Shown piece by piece: positions 36,157 through 48,385 of a stretch of 64,000 nucleotides of DNA (the first letter of the stretch is position 1; each line of letters begins with the position of its first letter). The translations under genes and the position numbers were made by a program. The notes below the pieces were generated by a model. The model made no database searches. It worked only from the letters and a program-made list of their open reading frames with translations, and was not told where the DNA came from. The DNA comes from Eukaryota sp. TZLM1-RC (taxonomy: Eukaryota; Protista; Metamonada: BaSk clade): positions 2,646,550 through 2,710,549 of the forward strand of contig JAUPSS010000004.1 in NCBI GenBank assembly GCA_040285825.1, given 5' to 3'.

Positions 36157-36880
36157 GTTACAGATGATGTCTATAACAATGAAATAAGGGTCCTTACACC
36201 GATGTAGAGCGACTGGGTTTTTGACAAGTGGATGATTTTCTCCTTGATACCTTTTTCTTTGAACCTTGATTCTCTGTAGGTATCCTGGTCTATCTCCACA
36301 ATTTATATGTGCTTCCAGCACTGCCAACATATTCAGTGAAGCATTTAGATCTCTATTCCACAAACTTTTGCATGATTTACACATGGGAAGCCTGTGACGA
36401 ATAGACATCTCATGCCTCTTCTGTGGCCTAGGATTTCTGCACCATCTGAATGTTTCAACTGTTTTCTCCGCTTTCTTACAGTTGAACCTACAGCAAGCAC
36501 TGGTTCGAAACTCATCAATTAAAAAGACCTTATAGCCAGCCTTTTTGAATAGAATCCTCAAACCTTTTTCCTTGGTAGGTTCTTTGAATTTCATGTGTTT
36601 TCGTCTTTACCAGTATCCGATTCCAATAACAACTTGGCCTGGATCACCGATTACTGATTTGAATCTCTGTATCATTCTCGCCTCAGATCTTGTGCGATTA
36701 ATCTCAGCCCATCATCTTAGTCTATTAAATATTTTTTGATGATAAATTTCACCAACAATATTATTTACAAAATTCTTTTGTTTAATATATGCCATAAATC
36801 TATCAAGTCTGCAGCTTTTGGAATTGAATTGGGATAAAGTTGCATCCCATTCTACTACAGATTTATTCAGAAAGTTATTC
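36157..36880 (-). mobile_element. Fanzor remnant, family 1 (bridge helix, RuvC-II, Zn finger, RuvC-III, 3' end)
   Basis: VVIGIGYW*, EPTKEKGLRILFKKAGYKVFLIDEFRTSACC, RNPRP, CKSCKSLWNRDLNASLNML and DRPGYL; stops and frameshifts upstream; RuvC-I not seen. Confidence 0.9.
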
Positions 36881-37325
36881 CTGGATCAGACACATTTCAA
36901 AATTCAACCAAAAACCCCATTCTATAACAATTAAGGATAAAGAAAAGCTTCCAAAGTGATTAAGCAAATTGTGATTAAATATTTATTATTGTGGTGGACC
37001 AATTCAATAGTCTGTTTGGGACGACAATTATTTCCCTTTCCAGAGTCCCTTTGCCTTAGCAGCAGATCTCGTGTTGTTATTGCTTTCCCATTTTCCATAA
37101 ACGGAAGACTATCAGTAGAAGCAGCAAATTTTTTGAATGATTTCCAAAAATTGATTCAAGAAAAAACAATGAAGAGATTTTTGATGGAATTTAGTCCAAA
37201 TAGTTCTGATTTAATTTGAGAAAGTGTTGTAGTTCAATAAAGAAAACATATATTTTGTTATTGTTTTAAATTATGATGGGTTGAACAGAAAATTTTGAAA
37301 AATGGAAAATCAGCTTTATTTCAAT

Positions 37326-37857
37326 TTTTTTTATTTAAATTTAATTTTATTCAAAACCTATAAATCAACATCTAAAAAATCCATCTCTCCCAAAACAAAA
37401 ACACTAGATGCAACTCTCTCATAGTGAGATCCAAGAGAAAGCAAAGCATCAGAAACCATCTTAAACATCCCCTTAAAATTAGAAAACATAATTCTATTTT
37501 GCCAAAACAATCTGTTGAAATTTCTGCCAGTTCTTCTCTTTACAATAATTTCAAAATCATCCAAAAAACGTAAAGCAGTTGGTGCAAGTGAACCAAAAAG
37601 GGAAAATACAAATGGATACAAATTGTATTTTGCATGCTGTAGACTGGCCAATTTGGACAAAGGTTCATTGTATTTTTTGAATTTAAAATTTTCAGCATTT
37701 GAAAGGGGATTATGAATTTCAGAATTAACAAGCCTTTCATTTGAGGCATTACAAGGATCAACAGACATTACATCCAATAAAATGAAGCTTCCATCTAATC
37801 CAGGTAATATGACATCACCTCTATTATTCTTATGAAAATCATTTTCAACCTAAAAAA
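37326..37857 (-). mobile_element. 5'-truncated RLE non-LTR insertion, family C
   Basis: RGDV..D..AENFKFKKY endonuclease ORF 37358..37777; short poly(A); 14-bp TSD AGCTTTATTTCAAT (37312-37325 and 37858-37871). Confidence 0.85.
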
Positions 37858-39828
37858 AGCTTTATTTCAATGAAACAATTTATTAATATAAATGGAAGAA
37901 ATCCAGTTGATCAATAAATACAAATTTAAAATTAAAATTTTGATTTGATTCAAATAAACTAATAAACCAGTGGAGTTTTACAAGGTTGAACTCAATTCCT
38001 TAAACAAAAAAGAGAACAACTTACTATTGAATGAATAATTGTTTGAATTGGAACAATAAAATACTGTCGCAAACAAGAAAGATGTCGAGAAGAAGACTTC
38101 AATAAAATTCTGGAAAGAAAGGTAATACTTTAAAATAGCAAATTTTTCAATTGTTGTTGTTGTGTCAATTGTTTATTGTAATGAAATTTGACCGAAGCAA
38201 TTCCAAACAATTTTCATTAAATATCAACTGAAAATTTCTGGTAATTTTGAATTAATAGACAAATTACTCCAGTAATTGAGGCGGAGTGATCACCTCTGAT
38301 CAACCACTTTGAAAGAGTTTAAGAGAACAGAAAAGTTGTATTGTGAAGACGCTGACGACGGAGAGGAATGGACACAGATGAAGAGAGTGGTGGGGTTTAG
38401 GGCGAGTCCAACAATTGTTTTAAGGGAACCAACTGCAAGTATAAGGTAAAATAGTGTCAAAAATGTGCAGCAAAACACAAAAAAGAAAGAGCACAGTGGG
38501 AGTCTAAGGCTCGGAAAAGAAGGTAAGTGAGGGAAATAAGAATGATTGAGAAAAAGACAATCCATAAATACCACACAAGAGCCCAATATGAGAGAGAGAG
38601 AGTATTGAGAAAGAAATACTTGTTGTGCAAGGAGGTATATTCAAGGTTCCGTTGCGACATAACCAAAACCTATTTTATGAAGTGGGGGAAAGTAACGGAT
38701 AAGATGAACCCTTAGCACTCGTAGAAGCTGGTTTCATAACAGAAGATGAACAATCCGAGGAAGTAGCTGTTTTTTTTTATTTTATTTTTTTTTATTTTTT
38801 TAAGAGAAAGATTCTTTTATTTAATGTATTTACCTTGCATCTCTTTCAAAGATTTCCTGCCACTGCTTCTTTACTATCTTCAAGGGATAAAATCACCTTT
38901 TGATCAAAGGAAATTGGTAAGCTTTTTCGCTCTTATCTGAAAATTTCACAGCGTTTGCTCACTTTCTTTTCTCATATGCATTGCTGGAAGAAATTTAGAA
39001 TAATACTTTTAGCTTCTCATAAAGGTTCTCAATATCTTGAGGTACCTTGACAAATTTTTCAATCTTTAAAGAAATTTCCAATTATTGAAAAAACATATTC
39101 AAAATCAACACTGAAAACGAATTCTCAAACGATTCTTTTATCAAAAATTTATTATCCCCAGGAATATCAAAAATAGTTATAACGGTGATGAGCTGCTTTG
39201 CAATTGAAGGTAAAAATAATGATTCAGAAAACACAAATGAGTTGGACGAACCACTGAAAAAGAAAACTAGATCAAAAAAAGAAACAAAAAATGACCCTGA
39301 TGCCTACAAAACTAGAAAAGTACGGTTGAAATAGTTCTAAAAAAATTTGCTGTCGAGGACGTAGCAATTTTCAAAGGCTGGCTGGACATCCTAAAAAATT
39401 CTTTCTTGCTTTGAGGTCTGCTAATTTCCGCTCTTAATGCCGAAGTCAATCGATATGAATCAGCCAGAACTTTCAGAAAATGTTTGTGTTCATATAGCAG
39501 AAGCAGGAACTTTTGTGAATGTTGTTTAAAAGGATGGTTCAATAAGATAAAACAACGAAAGGAGTAGATATCTCTTTTTGGTGCTCCCGAATTCAACTAA
39601 CCATAATTAATAAATTACATTGGTTTTATTGATCGAATAAGGGAAGCTTTTCATATTTATTTATTCATTTATTCATTTAGGAACTGTTGGTTTCAATGAA
39701 TTTCATGCCATAAGTTATTAGTATATTGTGTATATTAGTATATTAATTTTGAATTCTAAATTTTTTCGATTAAAAAGAAGTGTATTGGTATTGAATTCAA
39801 GTGACTAAACCTTGTTGAAATGGGTTAA

Positions 39829-42318
39829 CTAACAATAAATTGTTAAAGAAGAACGATTCGGGGTCATTTGTTGAAGTATAGAATTGTCAATGTTGTTCAA
39901 CGCAACATTCAATTCAGAAAGAGTGGAATTCGATTGCAAAGCACGGTAAAGTACCCTAGCTCCTTCATTACCGATTTCGTTGTTCCGAAGATTTAATTGA
40001 AAAAGAGTGGAACTAAATTTCAGAACTCGGGCGAGTGCACTAGCACCTCCAGGGCCAATTTTGTTGTCCCAAAGATTCAATTCAGAAAGAGTGGAATTTG
40101 ATTCCAAAGCATGTGCGACTGCACGGACGCCTTTATCGCCGATTTGGTTGCCACCAAGATCCAATTGAAGAAGAGTGTGATTCGAGCCAAGACCTCGGGC
40201 CATAGATTTAGCGCCTACAGGACCAATGTTGTTGACACTAAGATTCAATCGCGACAGAGTAGAATTTGATTCCAGAGCCTGGGCCAGTGCATCAGCGCCT
40301 TCAGAGCAAATACAATTACCACGAAGAACCAATTCAACAAGGGTGGAATTCAGTTCCAGAGCACTGGCGACTGCAATAGCGCCTTCATTTCCAATTTTGT
40401 TGCTGCGAAGAACCAATTCAGAAAGGGTGGAATTCACTTCCAGAGCACGGGCGAGTACACTGACTCCTTCATTTCCAATTTTGTTGTCCCAAAGATTCAA
40501 TTGGGAGAGAGTGGAATTCGATTCCAGAGCATATGCGAGTGCACTGGCACCTTTAGGACCAATGTTATTGACACCGAGATTCACATGGGAAAGAGTGGAA
40601 TTCGATTCCAAAACATGTGCGACTGCAGTAGCACCTCCATCTCCAATTTGGTTGTAACCAAGATCTAATTGAAAAAGTGTGGAATTCCATTCCAAAGCAC
40701 GTGTGAGTGCTCTACAGCCTTCAGGACCAATGTTATTGAACTGAAGATCCAAACATCTGATATTCCCATCAAGAATGCCTTCTAAACCCTTCCTTACAAC
40801 GTCCTTGAGATTGTTCAAATCCACAATCGACTTAATGTCTTCAGTTATTTCCTCCTTAGAAGGAGGATGATCATAAACGTTATCATACAAATGTTCGCTA
40901 CAATTGGCCTCATTTAATGTTGCTCGCAATTCGGCGATTCGACTTTTTAATCCAGAATTGCTTCGTTCTAATGAACCATTAGTCTTGCTTAATTCAGCAT
41001 TTCGTCTTTCCAAGTGAAAATTACTGGATTCAAGGTTGCCAATTTTAGCATCTTTTGCGGCAATGGTAGACTTACTAGCAGTTAAAGCTTGCTTCATATT
41101 GGAAATCTCAGAAATAAAAGAAGCCTTCTCCTCTTCTAATCCAGCAATTCTCGCATCCTGTTTTGCCAAGTTGCTAATCAGTTGTTGTTTATAAGACTCT
41201 AGATCGGCAATTTGCTTCTGAAGAGACTCAAATGTGGAGTTGACAGGCTGTAGTTGATATCGGTCCAAGTCTTCAATATTCAATCTGACACTACGCACTG
41301 CCTCAACAATATCTTCAATCTCAGGGCGAACATCGGCTTTGATGTTAACCATATCTGCGATAAGAGGCCTCCATATATTTGGCAGCAAATCCAAGTCCGC
41401 AACTGCAGCTCCTTGGGAAGAAATTCTGTGTACTTGAAGTTTGGCAGGATTAGAAAGTACTGTTGATGGGTCAGAATTAGACAAAACACCCCAAAACAAA
41501 ACCCCCAAAGAGAAAATATCCACCTTAGTGCTAGCTCTTAGAGACTCTCCAAGTAAAACTTCAGGAGCCATATAGGGAACTGTGCCCAACACGACTTGGG
41601 TCACCGTAACATTACTGACCCTTGAGTCGTCGAAATCCCCGAGTTTGGCAGAGACAATAGCCTGGCCACGGAGTTTGAGAAGAACATTACCGGCAGAAAT
41701 ATCACGGTGAACAAAACCAGCTTGATGAAAGCACGACACAGCTTGCGATACTTCCTCTATTATGAGATAAGCTTCCATCAGATTAAAAGTTCGCTTTTGG
41801 TGAAACAAATCTTGGATTGAACAAGACTGTCGTTCCTGCACGATACCAGGGGGATCAAGCGTAACACCTAAAACACTGACAATGTGAGTCGGTGAGTTGA
41901 GGGTGCGATAAACATGAAAAACGCGAGATACAACTTCACGAACAAGATCAACATCATCTTCGGAAAAATAGGGCTGCTTCCAGATGACTGGCCTCTGATT
42001 CAGAACTGCGGCATGAATTGTGGCACGAGGGGTTCGTCTCAGACGAGACAACTTCTTCAGATCTGTCGACTTAATGACATTTGGCTTTAGCACTTCCTTC
42101 ATGAGGTCTTCAAGCTGATAATTCTTAGATACTTCATGTAGAGAAACAGCAGCTCTACAGGAAGGACAAGTTTGGCTCAACACCAACCACTGCTCTAGAC
42201 AGGAACGGCAAAACGAATGACCACATGGCAGAGCACGGGGTTCAAGGAGCAACCCTCTGTGTACCAAACACAAGAAACTGTCTGGATGATCAAACATGAG
42301 TACAGAACTAGAATCCAT
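39829..42318 (-). CDS. RING finger - protein kinase - coiled coil - LRR (RI/NLRC3-type) protein
   Basis: RING LPCGHSFCRSC..CPSCR; kinase HRDISAGN, DFD and GTVPYMAPE; about ten 28-aa LRRs (NxIGxxGAxALAxALExNSTLxxLxL); ATG at 42318. Confidence 0.85.
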   Translation of the reverse strand: MDSSSVLMFDHPDSFLCLVHRGLLLEPRALPCGHSFCRSCLEQWLVLSQTCPSCRAAVSLHEVSKNYQLEDLMKEVLKPNVIKSTDLKKLSRLRRTPRATIHAAVLNQRPVIWKQPYFSEDDVDLVREVVSRVFHVYRTLNSPTHIVSVLGVTLDPPGIVQERQSCSIQDLFHQKRTFNLMEAYLIIEEVSQAVSCFHQAGFVHRDISAGNVLLKLRGQAIVSAKLGDFDDSRVSNVTVTQVVLGTVPYMAPEVLLGESLRASTKVDIFSLGVLFWGVLSNSDPSTVLSNPAKLQVHRISSQGAAVADLDLLPNIWRPLIADMVNIKADVRPEIEDIVEAVRSVRLNIEDLDRYQLQPVNSTFESLQKQIADLESYKQQLISNLAKQDARIAGLEEEKASFISEISNMKQALTASKSTIAAKDAKIGNLESSNFHLERRNAELSKTNGSLERSNSGLKSRIAELRATLNEANCSEHLYDNVYDHPPSKEEITEDIKSIVDLNNLKDVVRKGLEGILDGNIRCLDLQFNNIGPEGCRALTRALEWNSTLFQLDLGYNQIGDGGATAVAHVLESNSTLSHVNLGVNNIGPKGASALAYALESNSTLSQLNLWDNKIGNEGVSVLARALEVNSTLSELVLRSNKIGNEGAIAVASALELNSTLVELVLRGNCICSEGADALAQALESNSTLSRLNLSVNNIGPVGAKSMARGLGSNHTLLQLDLGGNQIGDKGVRAVAHALESNSTLSELNLWDNKIGPGGASALARVLKFSSTLFQLNLRNNEIGNEGARVLYRALQSNSTLSELNVALNNIDNSILQQMTPNRSSLTIYC

Positions 42319-43729
42319 CCCAAATCTCTTCAAGTGGGAGTTTTTAGACTCGAAAACTGAAACCAATCATTTTTGAGCTCTCAATTTTTCCAGATACTTG
42401 AACAACTATCTGACACATTGACGTCTTGTTTTTCAAACAGGTGATGAATCTATAATGCTTTTGTTTTGAATCATATATATCCAGAATTGGAGAATTTACC
42501 GAGTGATATTTGGATACAGTGGTTTGCACATAACATGGTTAGAAAATGAGTAATTTTTGAACTGAAAAGGTTTACTTTTGCCAGAAAAAATGAAAAAGTT
42601 GCATGTTATCCCACAATGATGAAATGCAGAAGATAAGTGGGGATTTTGCTGTAATTCTTCCATGGGGAACAATTTGGTCAATAGATTGATTAGAATTTTT
42701 ACGGCATTTTGTTCAGTGCCAACATATACTATAATTTAAAGTTAATATTGCAATGATGAAATGGACTTGTTTGTCTCTGACAACGATTGTTCTGTTTAAG
42801 CTGAAGAATGTATTATAGTAACAGTTTCGACATTCAAACAATATGGTTGTGAGCTGGCAATTTGCTGACAACGCGAATTTGAAATTGTTCAACTTGCTAT
42901 ACGTAAACACCACTTCCAGCTTCAACTAATTTTATTAGGTGGATAGTAATGGTCTACGCAAATCAAAATTTGTTTTTAAAAGTACTTATGAGCATGTAGA
43001 TCATTTAAAACTATCCTTGATAATTGCACTTAAACTCTTTTTGTTGTGATGTAATGACAGTAGTGTGCATAAGATGTTCAATCGTTGCGAATTTTTGTTT
43101 CTTCATTTGAAATAATCCTTATTCAACAATAATTAAATGCAAAATAATTCTATAAAATCAATGATGATAATTGATACTATCAAAATGTAGAATTGAGGAA
43201 CAGAAAATCTCATAGTGGGACAAGATTGCTGTGAAGAGTTGATGTTTTATTGAAAAAACTTCAATAATGGAATTTTGCCAAAAAAAGTATGAAAAATGCT
43301 TTTGTGTTTGCATTCATTATTTGCATGAGTTTACTGGTAAAAATTGAAAAAATAACCATGACAAATTCATGATTTGTCATAATCTTCATCTGTGTTGAAA
43401 ACAAATCAAAAATTTGATTTAATTTAAGATAATTAGCCACATGCTCCTAATGAAATAAGACGTCTTCAATAATCACGTCTTCAACAATCATGTCTTAGAC
43501 ATAACAGTAGGAGGCGTCGTGTGGCCAGTTATTCAGTCATTCAACCCTAGACACGTAGAGAAACTCATTAACCAAAGAAAATCTAACCTTTGTCGTTCAA
43601 TAGTAGATTATTTAAAGAAACACAATTTGTCCAAATTGTCTAGTCAACAGCATACAAAATAAAATCTGTATCCATTTGTATTTTCACTATTTAGTCTACT
43701 TGCTCTCACGGCTATACGTTTCTTGGCAG

Positions 43730-43930
43730 GTTTTGAAATCTTTGTGAAAAGAAGAAATATCAGAAGTTTCGACCGAAATTTTGTTTTGGCAAAATAGAAT
43801 TGTGTATTCTATTTTTAAGGAAAATGTTGAAGTTGGTTTTTGATGCATTGCTTTCTATTTGATCACATTATGAGAGAGCTGCATCTAGTTGTTTTGTTTT
43901 GGGAGAAATGGATAATTTAGATGTTGATTT
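43730..43930 (+). mobile_element. degenerate RLE non-LTR 3' fragment, family C
   Basis: Similar to the reverse complement of 37360-37560 (FWQNRIVYSIFK...LDVDL). Confidence 0.6.
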
Positions 43931-44459
43931 ATCAGTATTCAGTATATAATCAGTATATAATTTTAAAAAGTACAGAAGCACAAACAAAATCGTCCACATT
44001 GCAAACAGAATTACACAATTTCCCCGAAATCATTGACCTGAAATTTGGTACCACTCGATGGCTTGGAAACGGAAATTAAATTGCCGAAATCCCAACAGCT
44101 TAACCGCACCAAACTCAACCCCAACAGATTCAAAATCAAAATGACACGAATGGCGTTATAAAGGACACGAACAAAAAGTAGAGGTCTTATTAACAAAACA
44201 AAACAAAACAAAAACATCCACCTCCAAATGAAAGACAAACAAACAAAACTAATGATACGAACCATCACTGATTGATTACTTTTTTCAATTAATTGATTCG
44301 TTTCAACTTCATATTCAGGAAATCTCCGCGTTCCAGGTTGCTATGTTTTTGAGAGTAGCAAATCTCATATTTTAAAAAGAAATGACGCCTGTTACTACAT
44401 GTCATGGTTTATTGGCTTATAACAGTGAGGGTTGTAGACTCAGAAACAAAGGCTCAACA

Positions 44460-46064
44460 TGTTGGCGCCCTAAGGCTTATATATTATTGATTCTGTTACT
44501 GATAAACTAATCTCGTAGACAGATGAGGAATTCACATGATGACGTGGCACTTGTTCAAGAACAAGTGTTTTTATCAATAAAGCACTTTCTTCTTCTTTTC
44601 ATCTTTGGTATTTCTGCCTAACGGCATCATTATGAATAGTAAAATCAATCAACTTTTCCTCATTGACCCTTCTTTAATCTCTTTAGACTTACGGATACAA
44701 TAATCATTAACCATTTTAAAGTCAAAGTATACCAATAAAACTCCAGCAAACTTCAATACTCAACCTGCAAGATATTTCAACATGTCAGACATCTCAAAAA
44801 AGGATATCTCTGACATTCAGCCATCTTCATCCCTTCAAATGCAGCAGGAGCAGAAAAAACAAACACAACATACACCTACACAAAATAAAAAGAACAACGA
44901 GGCAACGGACCCGACTCCCACCTCCTCTTCAACAAAAAAAAGACGAAGAAGTGGACGAGGTCTCTCCTTTTTTAAAATAGTAGTTTCGGATGGAACAGGA
45001 GCGGAACTAGAATTCACCTCTCCATCCAAAACAAAGAACGAGGTAATGAGAACGGACCCGGCTCTACTTCCCCCCCAAGGAAGTAGTTGTCTGGCCAGAA
45101 GTAACGAGAACAGTCCCGTCTCCCTCCCTTCCAAAATGTAGAACCTGTCAGTAAGGTAGCGGATGAAAATCCCACCTTAGACACGTCGACTCTCTTAGCA
45201 GAGTATGATGAATTTTATGCTCAACTAGATGTCAAGGGAAAGATGACTCCAGTGATGGATTCTACGAAGTCCTAACAAGGACGCGAATCCTTACCTTGAA
45301 TCAATGGACTTGTATCCATTCGAACAGCTCTCTTTATTATGGAACCAAACACAAAAATTGTCGACTACATACGACGTACGAGTAGAGACTGCATCTCCAC
45401 TACTATTGTACTACAATGGCAAGAATACGGTCGTTGCTTTTCTGATATTATTCGTCGTACAGCCAGTACCTTAACAACAAAAAACGCCGCTTTCAGGTTT
45501 CTGGAGTTTGTTACTTTGCTTGCTGTTGTTGTTAATCCCACATAGACTCTGTATGATCATTATCGAATCCACTCTTCGATTCCATGATTACTTTACTAAA
45601 CGACACTACCACGTTACTCGTGTACGAAAAAGGGAAGAAGCAGAGGGTCTTTATGTAGCGGTTAAAACATACACAACAAAGTATTCAACCACACAGATCT
45701 TGGAACGAGGTCCTTTTCTGTTATTGCTTGCTACCTTAGACTAACATTATTGCGGGAAAGTCATAATACATCAATTGTCGATCTTGAAAATGTAAAACCA
45801 GTGTTTGTGTGAATCCCACTCACTACAAAGATAATTGTAGACAATAGAAAGCGATAGAATTTAGAATTTAGAATTGCTTATTTCTTAGTTCATTTAGTTA
45901 TTTACTTATTTCTTGATAGTTTAAGTTTCAAATGTATATAAGCTGATTTATTTTGACAAAGGGAAGAAGCAGTGTTGGCGCCTAAGGCTTATATAATATG
46001 ATTAGAAAATAAATCAACTTTTCCTCATTGACCTTTCTTTAATCTCTTTAGACTTAGGGCTACA
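44460..46064 (+). mobile_element. degenerate LTR retroelement (LTR family A)
   Basis: LTRs TGTTGGCG...TACA at 44460-44699 and 45973-46064; polypurine tract AAAGGGAAGAAGCAG before the 3' LTR; 4-bp TSD AACA (44456-44459 and 46065-46068); decayed internal ORF from 44782. Confidence 0.85.
44494..44629 (+). mobile_element. solo LTR of family B nested in the 5' LTR of family A
   Basis: TGTTACTGATAAAC...CCTAACGGCATCA matches the reverse complement of 26762-26897. Confidence 0.85.
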
Positions 46065-46253
46065 AACAAAGCTTCTCAATAGAAATTAGCTGGATTGTCT
46101 GAATATGTTTGCAATTGCTGAATCGAGGATGGGTGGCAATCAAAGTCCTCAATATCTGTGTATTAGATAGTTTTTATAATTATTCCACACGAAAATGGAT
46201 CGTGTACTTATGGGAATTTCTTACCAGAATATATCTTTCTTGTTGTACTAGAC

Positions 46254-47741
46254 ATGTCATCACTAACGATCAAAACTGTTCTGCTGTCCTTCACTGTTGC
46301 TTCTCTCTTTAAAGTTTTCTTCCTGAGGTTTCCCCCCTCTACAGACTTTGAAGTTCACCGCAATTGGTTGGCCATTACCCATTCTCTCCCTTTGTCCCAA
46401 TGGTATCACAACAGCACATCTCCATGGACCCTTGACTATCCTCCCCTCTTTGCTTTCTTCGAGCGATTCCTATCATACTTTGCTCCTCTCTTTGACTCCG
46501 CTATGCTCAACCTCTGTAACATTGATTATTCTTCCTCAATGACCATTTTGTTTCAAAAAGTGACAGTTATAATTGCTGATTTTCTTCTGTTTGTTGGTTC
46601 TTTTTGTTTTGTCAAAACGCTCTGTGAAAAGTCTTCTCATGTCAGACATCTTGAAATTTTTGCATTTATCTCTATGATCTCTTTTCCATCACTTTTGATC
46701 CTTGATCATGTTCATTTTCAGTATAATGGTTTTTTAATAGGTTGGTTCTTATTAAGCTTTACGTATCTTTTGAAATCAAATTCCTCAATGACTGCTTTTT
46801 TCTTTAGTATTTGCTTATGTTTAAAACAAATCCATATTTATGTTGCAATTCCTTTTTTTATTTGTATTTTTCTCAACTGTTTGTATTCTAAAACTGGGAA
46901 GAATTCTTTAGCTTCAACAATTAGGAATCTTTTTTTCACGTTTTTATCTGGAATTACGCCATTTTTTTGTTTTTTCCCATTTAAATCTGATTTATTCCAA
47001 GTATTCAATCGTTTATTCCCAGTTAACAGAGGTTTAATTCATTCTTATCCTGCACCTAATTTTTGGGCGCTCTATTCAACTTTGGATTTAGTTTTTAATA
47101 AAGTTATTAATAACAAATCCACTGGTTTAGTTTTAGGCCATGGAGGTGATGTTGTGGAGTTTTTGCCTTCTCCAGACGTGTTGTTTTGCTTGTTTTTGTC
47201 TATTTTACCGTGCCTAATTATTGGTTTTAAAGTTAAAAATGATTTAGCCCAAAAATCAATAGGAAAAACCTTGACTTTTGTCATCGTTTCTGGTCTTTTT
47301 TTCTTTTATTTTGGTTATCATGTCCATGAAAAAGCTTTAATTTGGCTGGTATTACCTCTAATTCCGCTATTTTTCACCAATAATTCTGATTTAATTAATG
47401 CAGTTTCTATTTTATTTTCTGTTGGTTTTGTGTCTATAATGCCATTATTTTTATCTCTATTTGGAATTGGTTTGAGAATCATTTATTTACCTTATTTCAT
47501 TTTAATTATTTTGTTTAGGAAGATTATTTTTAGGAAACAATTACCTCTTTTCAGAATTACTAAATTTTATTTGATTGGACTCTTGCTAGTTGATGCTGTT
47601 TTTGTTTTTCTCTATTTATTAAAAACAAAGTTGGAGTTTTTACCATTTCTATTGGTTTCCAACTATTGTTCTTTTGGATTATTTATTTCAATTGCGTTAT
47701 TACTCAAGTATTTATTATCTAAAACCATAAAATATGAGTGA
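46254..47741 (+). CDS. ALG8: dolichyl-P-Glc alpha-1,3-glucosyltransferase
   Basis: STDFEVHRNWLAITHSLP, WTLDYPPLFA, DHVHFQYNG, RLFP..RGLIHSYPAPNFWALY and FGYHVHEKA. Confidence 0.92.
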   Translation: MSSLTIKTVLLSFTVASLFKVFFLRFPPSTDFEVHRNWLAITHSLPLSQWYHNSTSPWTLDYPPLFAFFERFLSYFAPLFDSAMLNLCNIDYSSSMTILFQKVTVIIADFLLFVGSFCFVKTLCEKSSHVRHLEIFAFISMISFPSLLILDHVHFQYNGFLIGWFLLSFTYLLKSNSSMTAFFFSICLCLKQIHIYVAIPFFICIFLNCLYSKTGKNSLASTIRNLFFTFLSGITPFFCFFPFKSDLFQVFNRLFPVNRGLIHSYPAPNFWALYSTLDLVFNKVINNKSTGLVLGHGGDVVEFLPSPDVLFCLFLSILPCLIIGFKVKNDLAQKSIGKTLTFVIVSGLFFFYFGYHVHEKALIWLVLPLIPLFFTNNSDLINAVSILFSVGFVSIMPLFLSLFGIGLRIIYLPYFILIILFRKIIFRKQLPLFRITKFYLIGLLLVDAVFVFLYLLKTKLEFLPFLLVSNYCSFGLFISIALLLKYLLSKTIKYE

Positions 47742-48385
47742 TTTTTGTTTTTTTATTGAGCTTCTCTTGTTTCACAAATAGTGAATAACCAAAGTTTCTT
47801 TAACAATACATTTGAATGAAATCTCTGCTTCTGTTTTTCACGGTTCAAATTGAAGAAACAAAGAATTGAATGACAACAAGGTTTTTTAAGCAACATTAAA
47901 TTCAAATTTAATAACTCAGTGTTCTTCATTATGATTTCTTGGAATAACGGTGTTTCTTTTATACTTTATAATCTCAATTATTGTTTGTAACAATGTTTGT
48001 AGTGTAGTTAAATCTTTTCATCAATCTATTCGTTACCACTTTACACAAAAAGGCAAAGGTTGGTTCAATGCTTAATACCAGTATTAACTGGCATTGACTG
48101 GTGCTTGATCCATTTTCTTCCAAGTTGAAACCTTTTTTGATACTTTTCATTTCTCCAATATATCAACTGTATGTGCCCATTTATATTGCTCAGTTTCAGC
48201 TTGGCTACGTCACGTGTTTTACAAATTCTTTTATAAAGATCCAATAAATTCAACGAAAAATAACTTAAATAATCAAACTTCACGACAAAAAATTTATTTA
48301 ACATCAAAATTTGATAAATTTACGCTCATACCCCCAAAATTTAATTAAACCAACTAATTTGTACAAAAAACCCTTATAAAAACCC

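Larger units (their letters stand above)
44336..46223 (+). mobile_element. Fanzor 3' remnant, family 2, interrupted by an LTR element
   Basis: 44336-44459 aligns with about 16160-16286 (TCHGLLA..SE.C) and 46065-46223 continues with about 16283-16440; the LTR insertion lies exactly between the two parts. Confidence 0.85.

Noticed and set aside
39900-40740. Regular 84-bp repeats resembling an array
   Set aside because: They are the coding LRR units; no repeat-spacer structure, not CRISPR
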